NCBI GenBank assembly: GCA_030704615.1
Contig: CM060731.1
Location: 66,216,001 to 66,280,000 of the forward strand
DNA length: 64,000 nt
Direction of reading: 5' to 3'
From: Takakia lepidozioides
Taxonomy: Eukaryota; Plantae; Bryophyta
Under the pieces are notes generated by a model. That model saw only the letters and a program-made list of their open reading frames with translations. It had not been told where the DNA came from and ran no database searches. Below, in pieces: positions 1 through 13,949 of this stretch (positions are counted from its first letter, which is position 1; every line of letters begins with the position of its first letter). Made by a program: the position numbers and the translations under genes.

Positions 1-1669
1 GGTGGCATCGGTATGGATGTGAACGGATCAATGATGACCGGGCCCTAACGGGCGACCCGGCCCCGTGACCGCGCGGTTGTAACGCAGTCGCCCGCGTGCG
101 CTGCGAGGCTGGCAGGGCCGGCCTTTACAGCTGTGTGAGCAGTGTGCGGGCGGCTTGATGAGAGACAAGCTGCTTCCATGGTGGTGTGTTAGGGGGGCAT
201 TCACGCTTCACGAGGGATCAATACAGAGCAACTTGCTCCTTCACGTGGATTTCTTGGTTGTTCTGATCATGGATTCATGAGAGTAGTGTGCTCAATAACA
301 ACAGAAGGCATGTGCAGAATTTCACTCATCAGAGACTGGAGTGAAGGTGATTGATAGAGAGGGCCGTGAGGACAGTGTGTATTAATCAAAGGAGGCAGAA
401 GGGGGATAGGGGGGCGGTGATCAGGGCGCCGATCAGGGGAGATGTAAACGTGGGCACTAACGTAGGAAACTTTGTAAGGTCCAGCGGGGGCCCCACTGAA
501 GGAGAAATGGAGATTTGAGATAGGTGGGACCCAGGGAGCGAGAGAGACAGACAGCAACGAGGAATTCATTTGCCCGGCACGCAGCGACCGGACCTGAAAG
601 CACCGGGGCAGATGCTGTCCGTGTGAGAGCGGTAAATCGCTGGCAAGGCTTGAGTCAGGGTTTTGTCAACGTTTTGCGGCATCCTCAGCATCTCAGACAT
701 TTAGACATGGGAGCATCTAAGATGCGTAGGAGGACGGTGGACTAAATTCCGGGATTTCCTCACAATCAGAAATGTTTCACACTCTTTATCTTGTCTACAG
801 TTGAAGGTGTTATTCATCGTTTGCCCCAAAAACATAGGTCCAAACATGGGGCTTTGATTTGTTATTTGCAGCTTTGCAATCCAATTGACACCATCGAATA
901 GGGACTACAGAGAGCACACCTTCCAATTGGGGTCAGCTCATGATGGTGGATTTGACATCGCTTTTCAAGTTTTGAAGACATCAATTCTACAGACTCCAAG
1001 GGCATCTTCTACAATGTTATCCACTTCTTTCTTCCTCCTCATTCTTCGATTACAGTATGATATCAGATACATTCGCGGTGCACCTCCAACCAAGAAATTC
1101 AGTCATGAGGCAAGAATTTACAGAGAAAACTTTTCAGTGTCACAAGGACAGGCCACATTGCTACATCTACATGGGTTAATCGCTCAGGACCACTAAGTAA
1201 CTTCTCAAATTCAAGAAAACCTCTGACAAGGTTTTCAGAACCAAACTAACCATTTCAATCTTCACTGGCATTGTTTGAAAAAGGGGGTAAGGAAATGCAG
1301 CCCTTCCCACTGAAAAGTTGTCTGAAAAAGGTGGTAAGGAAAGGCGGCCCTTCCCACTGAGAAGTTATCAAAATGAGTGCAGGACCAGCACCATCAGTAT
1401 GAGATTCCTTTGGTTCTCGTTGACCTCTATTCTGTACTTTAGTATTAACAAACCTGTTACCTTCCTGTAACTCTGGCTGTGTCCCTGTCTCTTCCCCCTT
1501 CCACCTTCGTAAGGTCACTGTAGTGATCAGGATGTGACTGTATCACTAGGGAAATATGCTATCACAATGATACTTCATCATTGTACTACACATGTCTCCG
1601 CTAATGGAAGTGCAGAAAGAGTGCATGATTAATTCCGGAAGCTGATGATATGCTCGCCACTGTGGCAGA

Positions 1670-3978
1670 CTAAAAGTCCATGCAAGCCGCATTTGTGTCC
1701 TTCAATAGCACAACACAATCGTCTACAGAATCAAGATGGTACAAAACTGGGATGAGGGCGACACAGCCAAAAAGCACTGGGATGGGACCAAACACCCAAA
1801 GAAGCAATGGGCAAGCCATATAGAAACCCCGTGTACCCATAGTAAAGAAATTGCACCCTGCGGCCAGGACGTTGGCGACAGAGTCAGGTGTATTTCCGGC
1901 AGGGACGTTGATGAGAAAACAGACATCATTTATGTGATGCACCGATTGCATATAGCACAAGAAAGAGAACATAAAAAAGGATAGTAGTGACATGTACTTC
2001 ACGGACTCCATCGAGTTCATGTACCGATTTGTCCAGTAGCTCTCAGAGCGAGTCATGAAGACTGCCACCATGGAGACCAGCAGGATGGCTGTGGTGGCCA
2101 TCAGTGTGCACCCCATTATAGTGTTGCGCAGCGTCTGCACTGCCAATAGATTGTTCTTCTCATTATCCTGCAACATATTTTCCACCCACTGCAACATTAG
2201 TCTTCCTGCTGGGTGCAGACCCACCCCCACACACACACACACACAAAAAAACACACGTTGTATGAGTGTGTTTGGCAGTGTGAGAGAGTACATGACTTTA
2301 GTCCTGGCTGTTAAAATGTTCTCCCAAAGCCTCTTACCAGAGTCTCAATGACTATCTGAAAATCCTTAGTCCCAGGATTGTGTAATGGCCATGCTATGAG
2401 GCTTCTGAGCTTTCTTCTACCTACTACTTGCAGACTTGGGCCTATGGTAAAAAGTAGGAAATATGAGTATCTGTTCTCTCTATCCCACCCACACTGTGCA
2501 GTCTCCCTGGGGCCCTTCAGGCTTCCTATGTAGGTACAAGGAGAGAACTTTATTACATCCCTCTGAGGACCCAAGGGACAGAGAGCAGTAGGGATCAGCT
2601 CGGAAAGAACCTTGAAGTATTACAGAACTACTGTGGAAACAAAGAATCATTCAAACTTTACATGAAGGAAAGTAATCACATTGTTTCTTCGACATCTGGA
2701 GCAGCAACTCTTCTACATGGGCTCAATCTTGAGCTACCTTAAGGCATGCTCCAATGATGGGACTTTGGTAAATTAAATCCTACTTGAAAACCAGCTTAAG
2801 GAGGGCCAACCAACAGCAAGACTGCCACAGACTACCCCAAGCTGTCCCCATCTCCATTGGGAAGCTTTTTTGAAACAGCTCCTTGCCACAAGCATTTGAA
2901 GTCACATGTAAATTAACACCAAACTCATGACATATCTACACAGAAAATGTATCTGGTTAATTTGTTACCAATGCCACCACCCATTGAGTGGTGGGACATT
3001 CACTGTGTTCCTGTCCTTAGGACACAATATGCCCTAGCTAATAGTGATTCACAAAGGGGCCTAATCACGGCGATTGTGAACAAAGTAGTTGTATGTAAGG
3101 TCTATAGTTGCATTGATGGACTGTACTGTTACAGACCTGATTTTTCCAGATAATGTCAAAACGGCGTATTGTTGGTCCCATCGAATTTATACATGTCTAT
3201 AAATAGAAGAGTGGGCTATGGCCTGCTACAGCTCTCTTTGTCATAGCTTCTGCAAGTCTCACCAAAAGACATTGTAGGCACAATGGCACTCTTGCTGGAT
3301 TGTCAGGAGACGCCCAACCCCTCCCTGTAACTGCTTCCATCGATACAGCCACTGACTGTCTTCTCTTCAGGCAATTATAGGTTAAGTTATCAGACTATAT
3401 AAGTCGAGTCATTGACATTTCTTTGAGTGGAGAAGGGATCACAGGGGATCCGAGCGATAGGCAAAATCCTGGGCTTTGCATGTACCTAATACCACAAGAC
3501 GATTATACCACATCTCGTGTATATTTCGGGTGGGTACTACCAGACAAGCAACACTTTCATGAAAATGCCACCCAATTATGCAACCTTCTTGTTTATGCTA
3601 GTTCACTGGTGGTTAAAAATGTGGTGCAACCTTCCTGGCTGAAAGCAATGGTTCGACAATTCCTTAGACCGTCGTGTACGCCAAGACAGTTCCCTTATAA
3701 TCAACATCCAGAGAGAAAAAAGAAGACAAACCTTCTATGCGTTCCGAAGGGGGCGAGAGAGAGACAGACAGGAAGGGAGAAGAGAATGGAGAAACCCAGC
3801 GAATTCGCACCTTCATTATTTTGCGGACCCATTCTCTTCTGTCACGGTGGCTGAGGCCCACCACAGTCTGCAAAGGGTAGCGTATGATGCGGTAGTAGAA
3901 ATAGGCGTGGTAGGCCAGCAGCGAGGCCATGCCCAGCGGTACCAGGATGTAGTCCAGGTACTGTGCCCTCCATGCCAT
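1670..3978 (-). CDS. DUF599-family membrane protein, 2 exons (3978-3811, 2167-1670), ~221 aa
   Basis: Exon 1 MAWRAQYLDYILVPLG...WVRKIMK ends at AAG|GTGCGA (3810). The acceptor TTGCAG|GAT (2167) continues in phase 0 into DNEKNNLLAVQTLRNTIMG...GTRGFYMACPLLLWVFGP, which are DUF599-type motifs. Confidence 0.9.
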
Positions 3979-5789
3979 CTTCTTACACCTTCCTGCGTCT
4001 CCCCCTCTTCAATGCCACCCAACTCTACAAAACCCAACAATTTCGTTCATACATGCAGAGCTGCAGGTTATCTCCCGTCTCAGTGCTGGCGAAGACCAGG
4101 CCAAGCAGTGCAGGCAGCCCTTGGAATAAGTTTGAGTATGCTGCAATGTGTAGATCTGTCAGGAGAAGAAGAAATATGATTCAAAAAGAGGAGTAGGTAG
4201 CACGCAGGTTGCATGTGCAGTCAGCACCAGCCGACCCGACCATCTGTGAGCTCGTTCGTGTCCCCTGTCACTTTGTCTAATCACAAGCTCGTCAATGCCA
4301 TGAGCGTGTTCCATACTTTAATAAGGCAGATACATGACCCGTTGGTGGAGGGGACGTTTCGCAGCTACTTGATCGGTTGCGACAACATTTTGGCAAAGCT
4401 CCATACACGGCACCCTGAATCATGTGTCTCGTGCGAATGACCACCTAAACTGTGTTATGTTTTCTTTTCCTCTGCAGCATGATTTGGTTAAGTAGAATTT
4501 CTGACCATGGAAAGACTTGAGCGCATCTGATATTTAGGGACCTTCTTTCACACCGCATAGCATTGGTGTTTGACTCTAAATGAATGACCCAAACCAACTT
4601 GACTTGAATTTCCTACAAAGCTTTTTCTTTGGATTTGGGCACACTACTTGCAATGGGGCATAGTTCTGCTCTTGATCACTTCTAGACAAGCAGTCAAATA
4701 TGGTACTAATTGGCTGGTTTATATTGTTCAACTTTGGGGCATAGTTGTCTCTGGCCAGGCTTCGGCATGTACCCAAGCAGAAACTGAGACCCCCCATGGA
4801 GGTTACATCTTACCCTCAATCTATCTACTTGTGTTAAATAGATAAGTGGGCTCGTTAGGGAATATGTACTCGATGGTTACGATTTTGAAGTTGTCCTGGA
4901 TTTCAAAGGAGTCCAAGTATTCACTTAGCCAGAAATATGCAGACCACAAAACCAACAGAAAACATCCTCTTGAGCTCACACACGTTGTTGCATTAATGTT
5001 TTCTAGGTGGAGCTTCACTAAGAGGGGTTGTACCACCAGAAAGATGAAGAGTGGGGGCATACCATCCTAGCTTGTTGTTATACATTGATCTTCGGAGTAT
5101 CCTACAGTACAGAAGGTTTCGCAAGAGCATTTGGACACGTTGGAAGACTTTGTAAGGGATCATTCATGGGCTCCGGCTCACGCTCGGAGATCTCAAAGTC
5201 CTGACCCTCAGCCCTGCAGCTCACCTACCCCAAATACCTGAGCGGAAACCTGAAGCCAGCTGCCGTACATCAGACGCTCTTCAAATTGTTTTCTTTCCTT
5301 GCTAGGTCTTGGGGGAAAGGGAAATGTGGACATCTGAGCATTTAACTGTACCTAAAATTCAGATAGGTTGAGACAGTTTAGTAATATTTTTAGAATATGA
5401 CTCTATATGGAATTTGAATGTTGTAGGCTTGATTGATAAAAGACATAACAATGAGATGCTTGATCTACAGTTACTCTTATTATGTTGTGCAGAAAGAGGG
5501 TGAAAGTGGAAGGTTTAGATGGATGTCTGGCTTTGATATGTACCTTGAGTAGCTGTTTTCTGCCCATTTCTAGGGGGTGCAACTTGAAGTGCCACAGCTA
5601 CATGGAATAGAGGGCTAGAGAAAATGTGCATTGCACGAAGCTGTTGCTTTGTCACACGTTGAAGCATCATTTCCAAGAATTGGTTTGTCGTTCAAGTGTA
5701 TGTTCCTCCTCGAGAGCTGACCAGGAAATGTGAAGTATCTGAGAACCTTTGAGGACACTCACTACTAGTGATTTTCAAAAGTTCTATTG

Positions 5790-6433
5790 TATAACGTCCC
5801 TGTGAGATTGAACCTGCGACAGGCTTGGCAGGATGTTGAACGGTTCAGCAATCATCGACGGCTGTCTGGGGGAGGTGATGGGGATGTCACGTGGAACAGC
5901 AGGTGGTGGCAAGCTCCCGTTGATCAAGACCAAAAGCTACATATGAATATGGTAGATAAGTGTACAGGGAGGAGATTAGGGATTCTCTCCTTCTGGTTTT
6001 TTTCCTAGATAAGAGAACTCGGAGATGTTGGCTGTACAGAGTGTGGCAGACAGGACGGTCATGGTGAACAGTGACTACGAGTAGGGAAGAGAGATGATAC
6101 AGAAGCTGATGCATGGTGTGGCGGTTGGGAGGACTGGGTGTGTCCCAGTACCATGTGCAATTCTAGGATTGGGTGATAGTTCCAGTTGAGTCAGGAATCA
6201 TTGGGACTTGAAGGATCTGTACATAAAGTAATTGTTGGTGTTTGGCCATGTTGGAATAAGAGCCAGTGGCACAGAGTGATGACTGCAGTGGCCTAGGATG
6301 TGTGATCTCGCCTAATTGCCAAGGACTTAGTTTAGATTCAAGTCTGGTCATGATGGAACCATTGGCAGGGGAGTGAGATCTGAAGTTTCAGTCGACGAGA
6401 CAGGGAGGAGAATTAGACAAGAGGAATGTAAGA
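5790..6433 (+). repeat. 5' LTR (644 bp)
   Basis: Direct repeat of 10665-11324. Starts TATAAC, ends GTAAGA, followed by TCT and the PBS. Confidence 0.93.
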
Positions 6434-6436
6434 TCT

Positions 6437-6448
6437 TGGTATCAGAGC
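6437..6448 (+). promoter_or_regulatory. Primer-binding site (initiator tRNA-Met)
   Basis: TGGTATCAGAGC 3 nt after the 5' LTR. Confidence 0.95.
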
Positions 6449-6492
6449 AGATTTTGACCTTTTGTGGTTTATGAGCCAATTGACAATCGGCT

Positions 6493-9400
6493 TTGGAAGC
6501 TCGTTGCTTCAGTGGAATTCAATCTCTAAGAGGTAGGTGTAGCACATCTCCAGAGTTGATGGAAGGAGAGACAAGCCATACACAAGCTGCAGTTGAGAAA
6601 ACACAAGAAATTGTTGTGCCAGAAGAACTTACCACTATAAAAGCTGGAGATCTAGCTCAGGTCATTCGTGAGGCAGTAGCTAGTGGAGTGAAAGAGGGCA
6701 TAGTTGCTATTGGCAGGAGACCTACAACAAATCAAACTCCACCGGCGGTGCCACCCGACCAGCAAGTGGTAGACCAACCAGTAAGTGCTCCCCATAATGA
6801 TTTGCATGCAAGAACTAGGACAAAAAGAAAAGAGGCTAGAGGTGGTTCTGCCTCTGGTGCATCCTCACAGGATAGCCGCTCCATGATGGCAAGGGATTCT
6901 AAGAGAAGAACGGTTGACAAGGAAACTAGGAAGATGACGCATCTTCCTGAATTCCATGGTCGCCCAAATGTGCCTTGCACTGAGGTGTTGTCTTTTCTGG
7001 AGACTCTGGAAGAGTTCTTCAGTGAGGACTATACAGATGCAGATAAGATCCGAACCAAACGTCTATCAGAGAAGGAACAAGAAGAACACCGACGGTTGGG
7101 TCAGTGTTTCATCTGTCATGAAAAAGGCCATCGGGCGTTTGAATATTTCAAACGCGTACAACGTGCAGCTGCAGCTGTGATTGTGCAAGAGGTTGAGGAT
7201 AAGATGGATGTGGATGCACCTGGGACGAGCAAAGGTAAACAGCTGAGGATCTCAACGGCTGTGATGGGTGAGGAGATAGACTATAATTCCACAGTCATAC
7301 GATTGAATGGTCAGGTGGGAAGAGAGACCACGACTGTTTTGATTGACCCAGGAAGCAGCCATAACTTTTTGTCTCAAAATTTTGCAAACAAGTGCAAGCT
7401 GCAGTTAATGGAGGTTGGCGCCAGCACCATTCTGTTGCCTAATGAAGATACAGGATCTAGCAACAGTAGGAGCTTGGATGTCCCTGTCACAATGCAGGGG
7501 ATCACCACTGTGGCGGATTTTGAGGTCTGGGATGGTGCGAGGTACGACGTCATCTTGGGGATGCAGTGGCTGGCATCTGTGGACGCTCAAGTGGCATGTC
7601 GAGATTGCTCAGTGGAGGGGGTGTTGCCTGGCGGTAAGCGATTCAAGCTTACAGGTATAAGAGCCATACCCAATGTTCCCTTGTTGTCAGCCCTTCAAAT
7701 GAAGCGATGCATACGGAAGACAGCCGATCAGCTGTTCTTCGTAAGCATTCATGAAAATGATAACGAAGACATTGAAGTGGAGTTGAACAATCTCAACAGA
7801 GCAGATAAGGTCTTGTCTGAATTTTCAGATGTGTTTCCCAGTGATCTGCCTGGACTACCTCTTGAATCATGATCATGCCATTGAGTTCATGATCAGTGAT
7901 CATGCCATTGAGTTGGTTCCTGAAGTAGTTCATGTCTCTAGGATTCCTTATAGGCATTCTTTGGTGGAGAATGAAGAATTGGAGAGACAGCTGGCTGATT
8001 TGCTAGAGAAAGGTTATATTAAGCCTAGCAAGTCTCCCTGGGGAGCACCAGTGTTGTTCAAGAAAAAGAAAGACGGGACTTTAAGGTTGTGTGCGGACTA
8101 CAGATGGCTGAATAAGCTAACTGTAAAGAACAAGTTTCCACTTCCTAGGATAGATGACTTATTTGATTACTTGCATGGTGCGCAAGTATTTTCAAAGATA
8201 GACCTACGAAGTGGATACCATCAGATCCGTGTCAAAGACTCGGACACGTTTACGACGGCCTTCAGAACTAGATTTGGCCACTATGATTATACACTGATGT
8301 CTTTTGGACTCACAAATGCACCAGCCACTTTCATGTGCTTAATGAATACCTTATTTAGAAAGTATCTGGGGAAATTTGTGTTACTCTTCATGGATGACAT
8401 TTTAATCTATTCAAAATCTGAAGGAGAACACGTGGAACACTTGAAAAGTGTTCTAGAGATCTTAAGAGAAAATAAACTCTATGCTAAGAAGAGCAAGTGT
8501 GAGTTTTTGGTTTCCCAAATGGAATACTTGGGTCACATAGTGTCAAAGAATGACATCTTAGTTGATCCCAAGAAGGTAAAGACAGTGGCAGAATGGCCAA
8601 TCCCAAAAGATAGAACTGATGTGAGAGCATTCTTAGGACTTGCAAGCTTTTATAGAAGATTTATAAAGGCATTCTCCAAGATTGCAGCCCCTCTCACTAG
8701 CTTGTTGAAAGGCTTAGGAGCGATTACCTGGACCGAGGATTGTAATGAAAGCTTTGAAAAGCTTAAACATATGTTGACACATGCTCATGTCTTGAAGTTA
8801 ATGAATTACAAGACAGGTGGTCTAGTACTTTGCACAGATGCGAGTGACCTGGCCATAGGAGCTGTGTTAATGCAACACGGACAGGTAATAGCTTATGAGT
8901 CTAGAAAACTAAGCCCAGCAGAGCTGAACTACCCAGTGCATGAAAAGGAATTGTTAGCCATCATACATGCCTTAAAGGTTTGGCGGCATTATCTGCTGGG
9001 AAGGGAATTTAAGATTGAGACAAACCATGAAATCTTGAAGTATCTGGCCACACAACCCAACCTCAGTCGCAGACAATGTCGTTGGGTAGAATTCCTCCAG
9101 CAGTTCTTTTTTGAATTACATTATGTAAAGGGGAAAGAGAACGTGGTGGCAGATGCGTTGTCCAAAAGAAGGTGGACAACAGCTATTTCAATGATAAGAA
9201 ACATTGTGATAGACGAGGTAAGAGGTCACTATGCTAGAGATGCATATTTTAGTGGCCCTTTTGAAAGCATGTCTCGTGGGGTTAAGACTCCCGAGGAAAT
9301 TGGCAAGTATCTTGCTTATCTGTTGAAGGATGGATTGTTGTACTACAATGGGCGTCTATGCATCCCTCTGGTTGCAGACTTTAGACTAAAGATCATGTAC

Positions 9401-10652
9401 GACTGTCATAACATACCCATGGCAGGCCATCCTGGCTTTCAGAAAACATATCTCGCAGTCAGGAAACAATTTTTCTGGCCTGGATGAAGAAGAACATACG
9501 AGATAGGTGTTACCCTTGTCAGGTAACCAAGACAGAACAGATCAAGACTCCTGGACTTTTGCAACCTCTGAATGTGCCTAGGGCAAAGTGGGAATCTATA
9601 AGTATGGATTTCATTGTCTCTGCCTAAGACAAGAAATGGACATGATGCCATCTTTGTGGTGGTTGATCGCTTGTCAAAGCAGGCGCATTTCATACCCACA
9701 AAGATGAGTGCAACTGCTATAGACACAGCTAATCTCTTTGTAAAAGAGATATACAGACTGTATGGATTGCCAAGAGAAATTGTGTCTGACAGGGATTCGA
9801 AGTTTACAAGTGGATTTTGGACTGCTTTGTGCAAAGCTTTGAATACCAGATTGTGTTTTAGCAGTGCTTACCATCCAGAATCTGATGCTCAAACAGAAAG
9901 GACAAATAGAACCTTAGAAGACATGCTCCGAATGTATGTGGGGCAAAGGAAAAGCTCTTGGGAGCAATATTTTCATTTGTGTGAGTTTGCCTATAATAAG
10001 AACATGCATACAGCTATTGGGGTAAGCCCATTCGAAGCTGTCTATGGGCAAGATTGCTTGACACCAACATCTTGGCATGTTTCAAATACTAAGGTCGAAA
10101 GTGTCAATCAGATCATAGCAAGGATGCAGCAAGAAATGGACTTAATGAAGGATAGCATGAGGAGAGCTCAGGAAAGGGCAAAGGCCTATGCTGATCAGAA
10201 AAGATCTTTTAGGGAATTTGAGATCGGAGATCAAGTATTTTTGAAAGTGATCCCTAAGAAGAGCCAGTTGAGCCTAGGAATGCTACAAGCTTTCCCCGAG
10301 GTACTGTGGATCTTTCAAGATTATCAAGAAAATTGGCAAGGTAGCCTACCAGCTGGAACTGCCTGTTAGGTGGAAGATACATGACGTATTTCATGTGAGC
10401 CTCCTTAGGAAATATGTTTCGGATCCCAACCATGTTCTCCCAGAATTGCCAAAGGTCAAAACTGAAGGAGAAGTTGTGGTAGAACCAGAAGAGATTCTTA
10501 AGATAGAGGTGAAAACCTTGAGATCTCGTTCTTGGAACGAATTCTTGATCAAGTGGAAGAATTACCCTGTAGAAGAATCTACATGGGAGAGAGAAGATGA
10601 TCTTCGTAAGAACTTTCCCCAATTCAGTATTGAGGACAATACTCCCTTATAG
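6493..10652 (+). pseudogene. Gag-Pol polyprotein (disrupted): shortened gag with Zn knuckle, aspartic protease, RT, RNase H, integrase, chromodomain
   Basis: CFICHEKGHRAFEY knuckle (last C>Y); LIDPGSSHNF protease; [11 protein letters not shown]; TDASD/ELLAI RNase H; GHPG, VDRLSK, SDRDSKF, ERTNR integrase; EFLIKWKNYPVEESTWE chromodomain. Breaks at ~7870 (short duplication of GATCATGCCATTGAGTT), ~9487, ~9614 and ~10290. Confidence 0.93.
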
Positions 10653-10661
10653 GAGGGGAGG
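10651..10661 (+). promoter_or_regulatory. Polypurine tract
   Basis: AGGAGGGGAGG immediately upstream of the 3' LTR. Confidence 0.9.
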
Positions 10662-10664
10662 TGA

Positions 10665-11324
10665 TATAATGTCCCTGTGAGATTGAACCTACGACATGCT
10701 TGGCAGGATGTTGAACGGTTCAGCAATCGTCGACAGCTGTCTGGGGGAGGTGATGGGGATGTCACGTGGAACAGCAAGTGGTGGCAAGCTCCCGTTGAAC
10801 AAGACCAAAAGCTACATATGAATATGGTAGATAAGTGTACAGGGAGGAGATTAGGGATTCTCTCCTTCTGGTTTTTTCCCTAGATAAGAGAACTTGGAGA
10901 TGTTGGCTGTACAAAGTGTGGCAGACAGGACGGCCATGGTGAACAGTGTCTACGAGTAGGGAAGAGAGATGATACAGAAGCTGATGCATGGTGTGGCGGT
11001 TGGGAGGATTGGGTGTGTCCCAGTACCATGTGCAATTCTAGGATTGGGTGATAGTTCCAGTTGAGTCAGGAATCAGTGGGACTTGAAGGATCTGTACATA
11101 AAGTAATTGTTGGTGTTTGGCCATGTTGGAATAAGAGCCAGTGGCACAGAGTGATGACTGCAGTGGTCTAGGATGTGTGATCTCGCCTAATTGCCAAGGA
11201 CTTAGTTTAGATTCAAGTCTGGTCATGATGGAACCATTGGCAGGGGAGTGAGATCTGAAGTTTCAGTCGACGAATAGGCAGGGAAGAAAGACAGGGAGGA
11301 GAATTAGACAAGAGGAATGTAAGA
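10665..11324 (+). repeat. 3' LTR (660 bp)
   Basis: Matches the 5' LTR with ~15 substitutions (counted by eye) and a 16-bp indel (ATAGGCAGGGAAGAAA). Confidence 0.93.
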
Positions 11325-11789
11325 TATTGCCTACTTGATAAGTGCTTGTGATTTTCATGATTGGTAGTAGTGTGGTGTTGATACTCAAATACTCGTGCTG
11401 AATATGTAGAATGTCTAGCTCCCTGAGGTAAGCACATATGTGGAAAATTAATATATAAGTCCAATGTCATGTATTCAATAGGGTGTCTGTAAAGAACTTG
11501 AAAATTGGCTTTTTTGCAAACTGCTGGATTATCATCCAATAAAGCTGAAGTTTGAAGGGCAGTCTAGCAATTTTAAATTGACATTACATGTGCATTGGTT
11601 GCTACCATTGATTTGTAAATGTTGAGGTCTACTTAACTGCTATGCATTGAATTCATGAAATGAATGTGTGCTTGATTTTCACTGCACCTCTGAAATAAGC
11701 ATGTAGGTCATCTAAGTGAACCAGTGTCAATAATAGAGGACATGTCGAGTACCCTGTGTTTGTATTGTGACTCTTAATGGGCATGTATG

Positions 11790-12250
11790 CAGCACATAGA
11801 AAATGAACTGCTCTTGTAACATGCCTACCTACGCTTTGCCCATTCCTAAGCTGTATGACATGAAGTGTCACATATGCATGGAATAAGGGGCTAAAACAAA
11901 TACGCATTAGGGAGCTTTTGCTTTGTGACACATTTGTGTCATGTCAAACAAGGGTTTATCATTCAAGTGTATTCAAGCTCCTCAAGAGCTGACCAGGAAA
12001 TGTGAAGTACTTGAGAACCTTTCAGGACACTCTATACTTGTGATTTTCAAAAGTTCCGTTGCCTACTTGATAAGTGCTTGGGATTTCTCATGGTTTGAAC
12101 TAGCTATTGTGTTCATGACACAGTGACTACCTCCCAGCAAACAATACATCTACATACAGAGTTTGTCATGTATTCAATGGAGTGAGTCTTGCAAAACTAA
12201 TTTGTTGCCGGCTGCTGGGATATTATCCACTAAAGTTGAAGCACCTCAAG
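11790..12250 (+). repeat. Diverged tandem duplicate of the LTR element's flanks (paralogous empty site)
   Basis: 11961-12090 matches 5691-5789 joined to 11330-11360 (AAGTTC-cgTTG-CCTACTTGATAAGTGCTTG). Confidence 0.85.
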
Positions 12251-13949
12251 GGAAGATTATATTGGTGGCAAGCTGGGCTGCAGCATTTGAGGCCAGGCTT
12301 TTGGATTGACAATTGATCGAAGGGGCCAGGAGGCCAGACTTTGACTCTGCTTGGCTGCACCTTGGGTTAACATGTGTTTCACCTGAATCTCTGCCGTGAA
12401 GCACCAAAGAAGTAAAGAGCTCCACACACCCATCTTATGTCACAATTCACAAAGTATTAGCAAAGCATTTGATGACACCTTCAATCACTTCATTTAGGGA
12501 CTTACCAATCTGCAGTGCTCTTTCCCAACACTTGCACTATGCATGGCCCGCCTTTGAAATAGATAGTGCTCAGAAATTAACCTCTTGACGAAGGTGCAAG
12601 TTTTCCACCAGAGTTGACACAATGATTTTCAACCTTCAATACTGTTTGTCTAGCTTCAATGAAAACAAGGACTGAACTTCACTAGGGCCAGCCAAACTGA
12701 GGTCTCATGAAGTTGAGCCTGCCAGTCCATTGTTAAACCCCAGATTGATGAAATGAGTTGAATGAAGCAATATACTCAAAAGCTATCGACAGAACAAATA
12801 TCTTAAATCATTGTAACAACAGAATAGAGACAACCAACCCACACGACACACCTACAAGTTAAATTCCAAGCTAAATCTTTGGCAAATTTGTCAACACATA
12901 AGATTGGCAATGCATGGTGGAACTTGTGGTACTTCAAAGACCTATACCAAACCAGTAAGTAGATCGCAGTCTTAACACTGCTGTCAATCACGTCAGACCA
13001 TCAGCTTCATCTTGTGCAGAAGTGTTGTCACCACTCCCCACCAGCTTCATAGCTCACATATAACAGTAAGTGGCAGAGAAAACAATGACAACCAAATTCT
13101 GCATGAGACAAAGACAAACCTAGCACTTGTTGGTGTACGGTGGTGTCGCCAGTGAACCATTATCTAAAACAAAACGTTGATCCCATCTTACCATTTCACC
13201 ATTTGTGTATGTGATTCATTTATTTTCCAAGCAAAGCTTGAAGTTGAAAATTTGATTTAGCCTCTTCAAAAGAGGAGAGTGCATTGTGGAGTCCCATTAT
13301 TTCATGTCTAGAAGTGACAAGGGGAAGACCCCCATAGTCTATTGGTAAGGGCACCAATAGAGACTTGTATTTGAATTGTTGGAAGAACGAATCTTTGTAT
13401 TTGATTACTAATTTGAAAATTAGCCAGCTCTGGCAAAGCAGGCCAGCAGGCTGGATCTATGATATAAGGCCAGTATAGGGTCTCTATGTGCTAATTTCCC
13501 CCCCGCACTAGCAAGCCATGGAGGCCTAGGGGAGGGTGTGGTTTGTATTTTTTTTTTGTCTTGGGGTTTGGGCGGGCTGATTTCGCTTGACAGCAGCTGC
13601 CCCAAAATCGCAAGCAGCCCCCAATGCGTCTGCAAATTCCCTTAAAGGGGGGTATTCTTATCTTTAGCTATTAGATTCAATTTGTACCCCTCTAAGGGTT
13701 AGGAGCCTGGTCGTCTCAGACACTGTCTAATTTCTTACGTGCTTTACCAACAATTTCCAGATAACTAACAAACTAACATGTTTTGGCAGTACAATGCCGA
13801 ATCCGCTTGTCTTATGATCAAAAACGATCTGAAAAGAAAAGTGTACCAATATATGCATCTATACACAACCTCCCGAGCTCATAGTAATTAGCTACAGGGC
13901 CCATATATTGCGCTACCCACAAGTGCTTTCCTCAAATAGCTTGGTGCTG

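Larger units (their letters stand above)
5790..11324 (+). mobile_element. Ty3/gypsy chromovirus LTR retrotransposon, full length but decayed; TSD TATTG (5785-5789 / 11325-11329)
   Basis: Two near-identical LTRs, PBS, PPT, gag-PR-RT-RH-INT-chromodomain order and a 5-bp TSD. Confidence 0.97.

Noticed and set aside
45-179. Minus-strand ATG ORF near the window start
   Set aside because: Stops after 44 codons with no recognisable motif; cannot be assessed at the window edge.
4570-5260. Possible LINE 3' remnants (also 24100-24950 and 36200-36900)
   Set aside because: Only vague Trp/Cys patterns; no RT or endonuclease motif could be read.
5788-5789. Canonical TG start for the 5' LTR
   Set aside because: These bases belong to the TATTG TSD; LTR-LTR identity starts at 5790/10665 and the empty site supports this.
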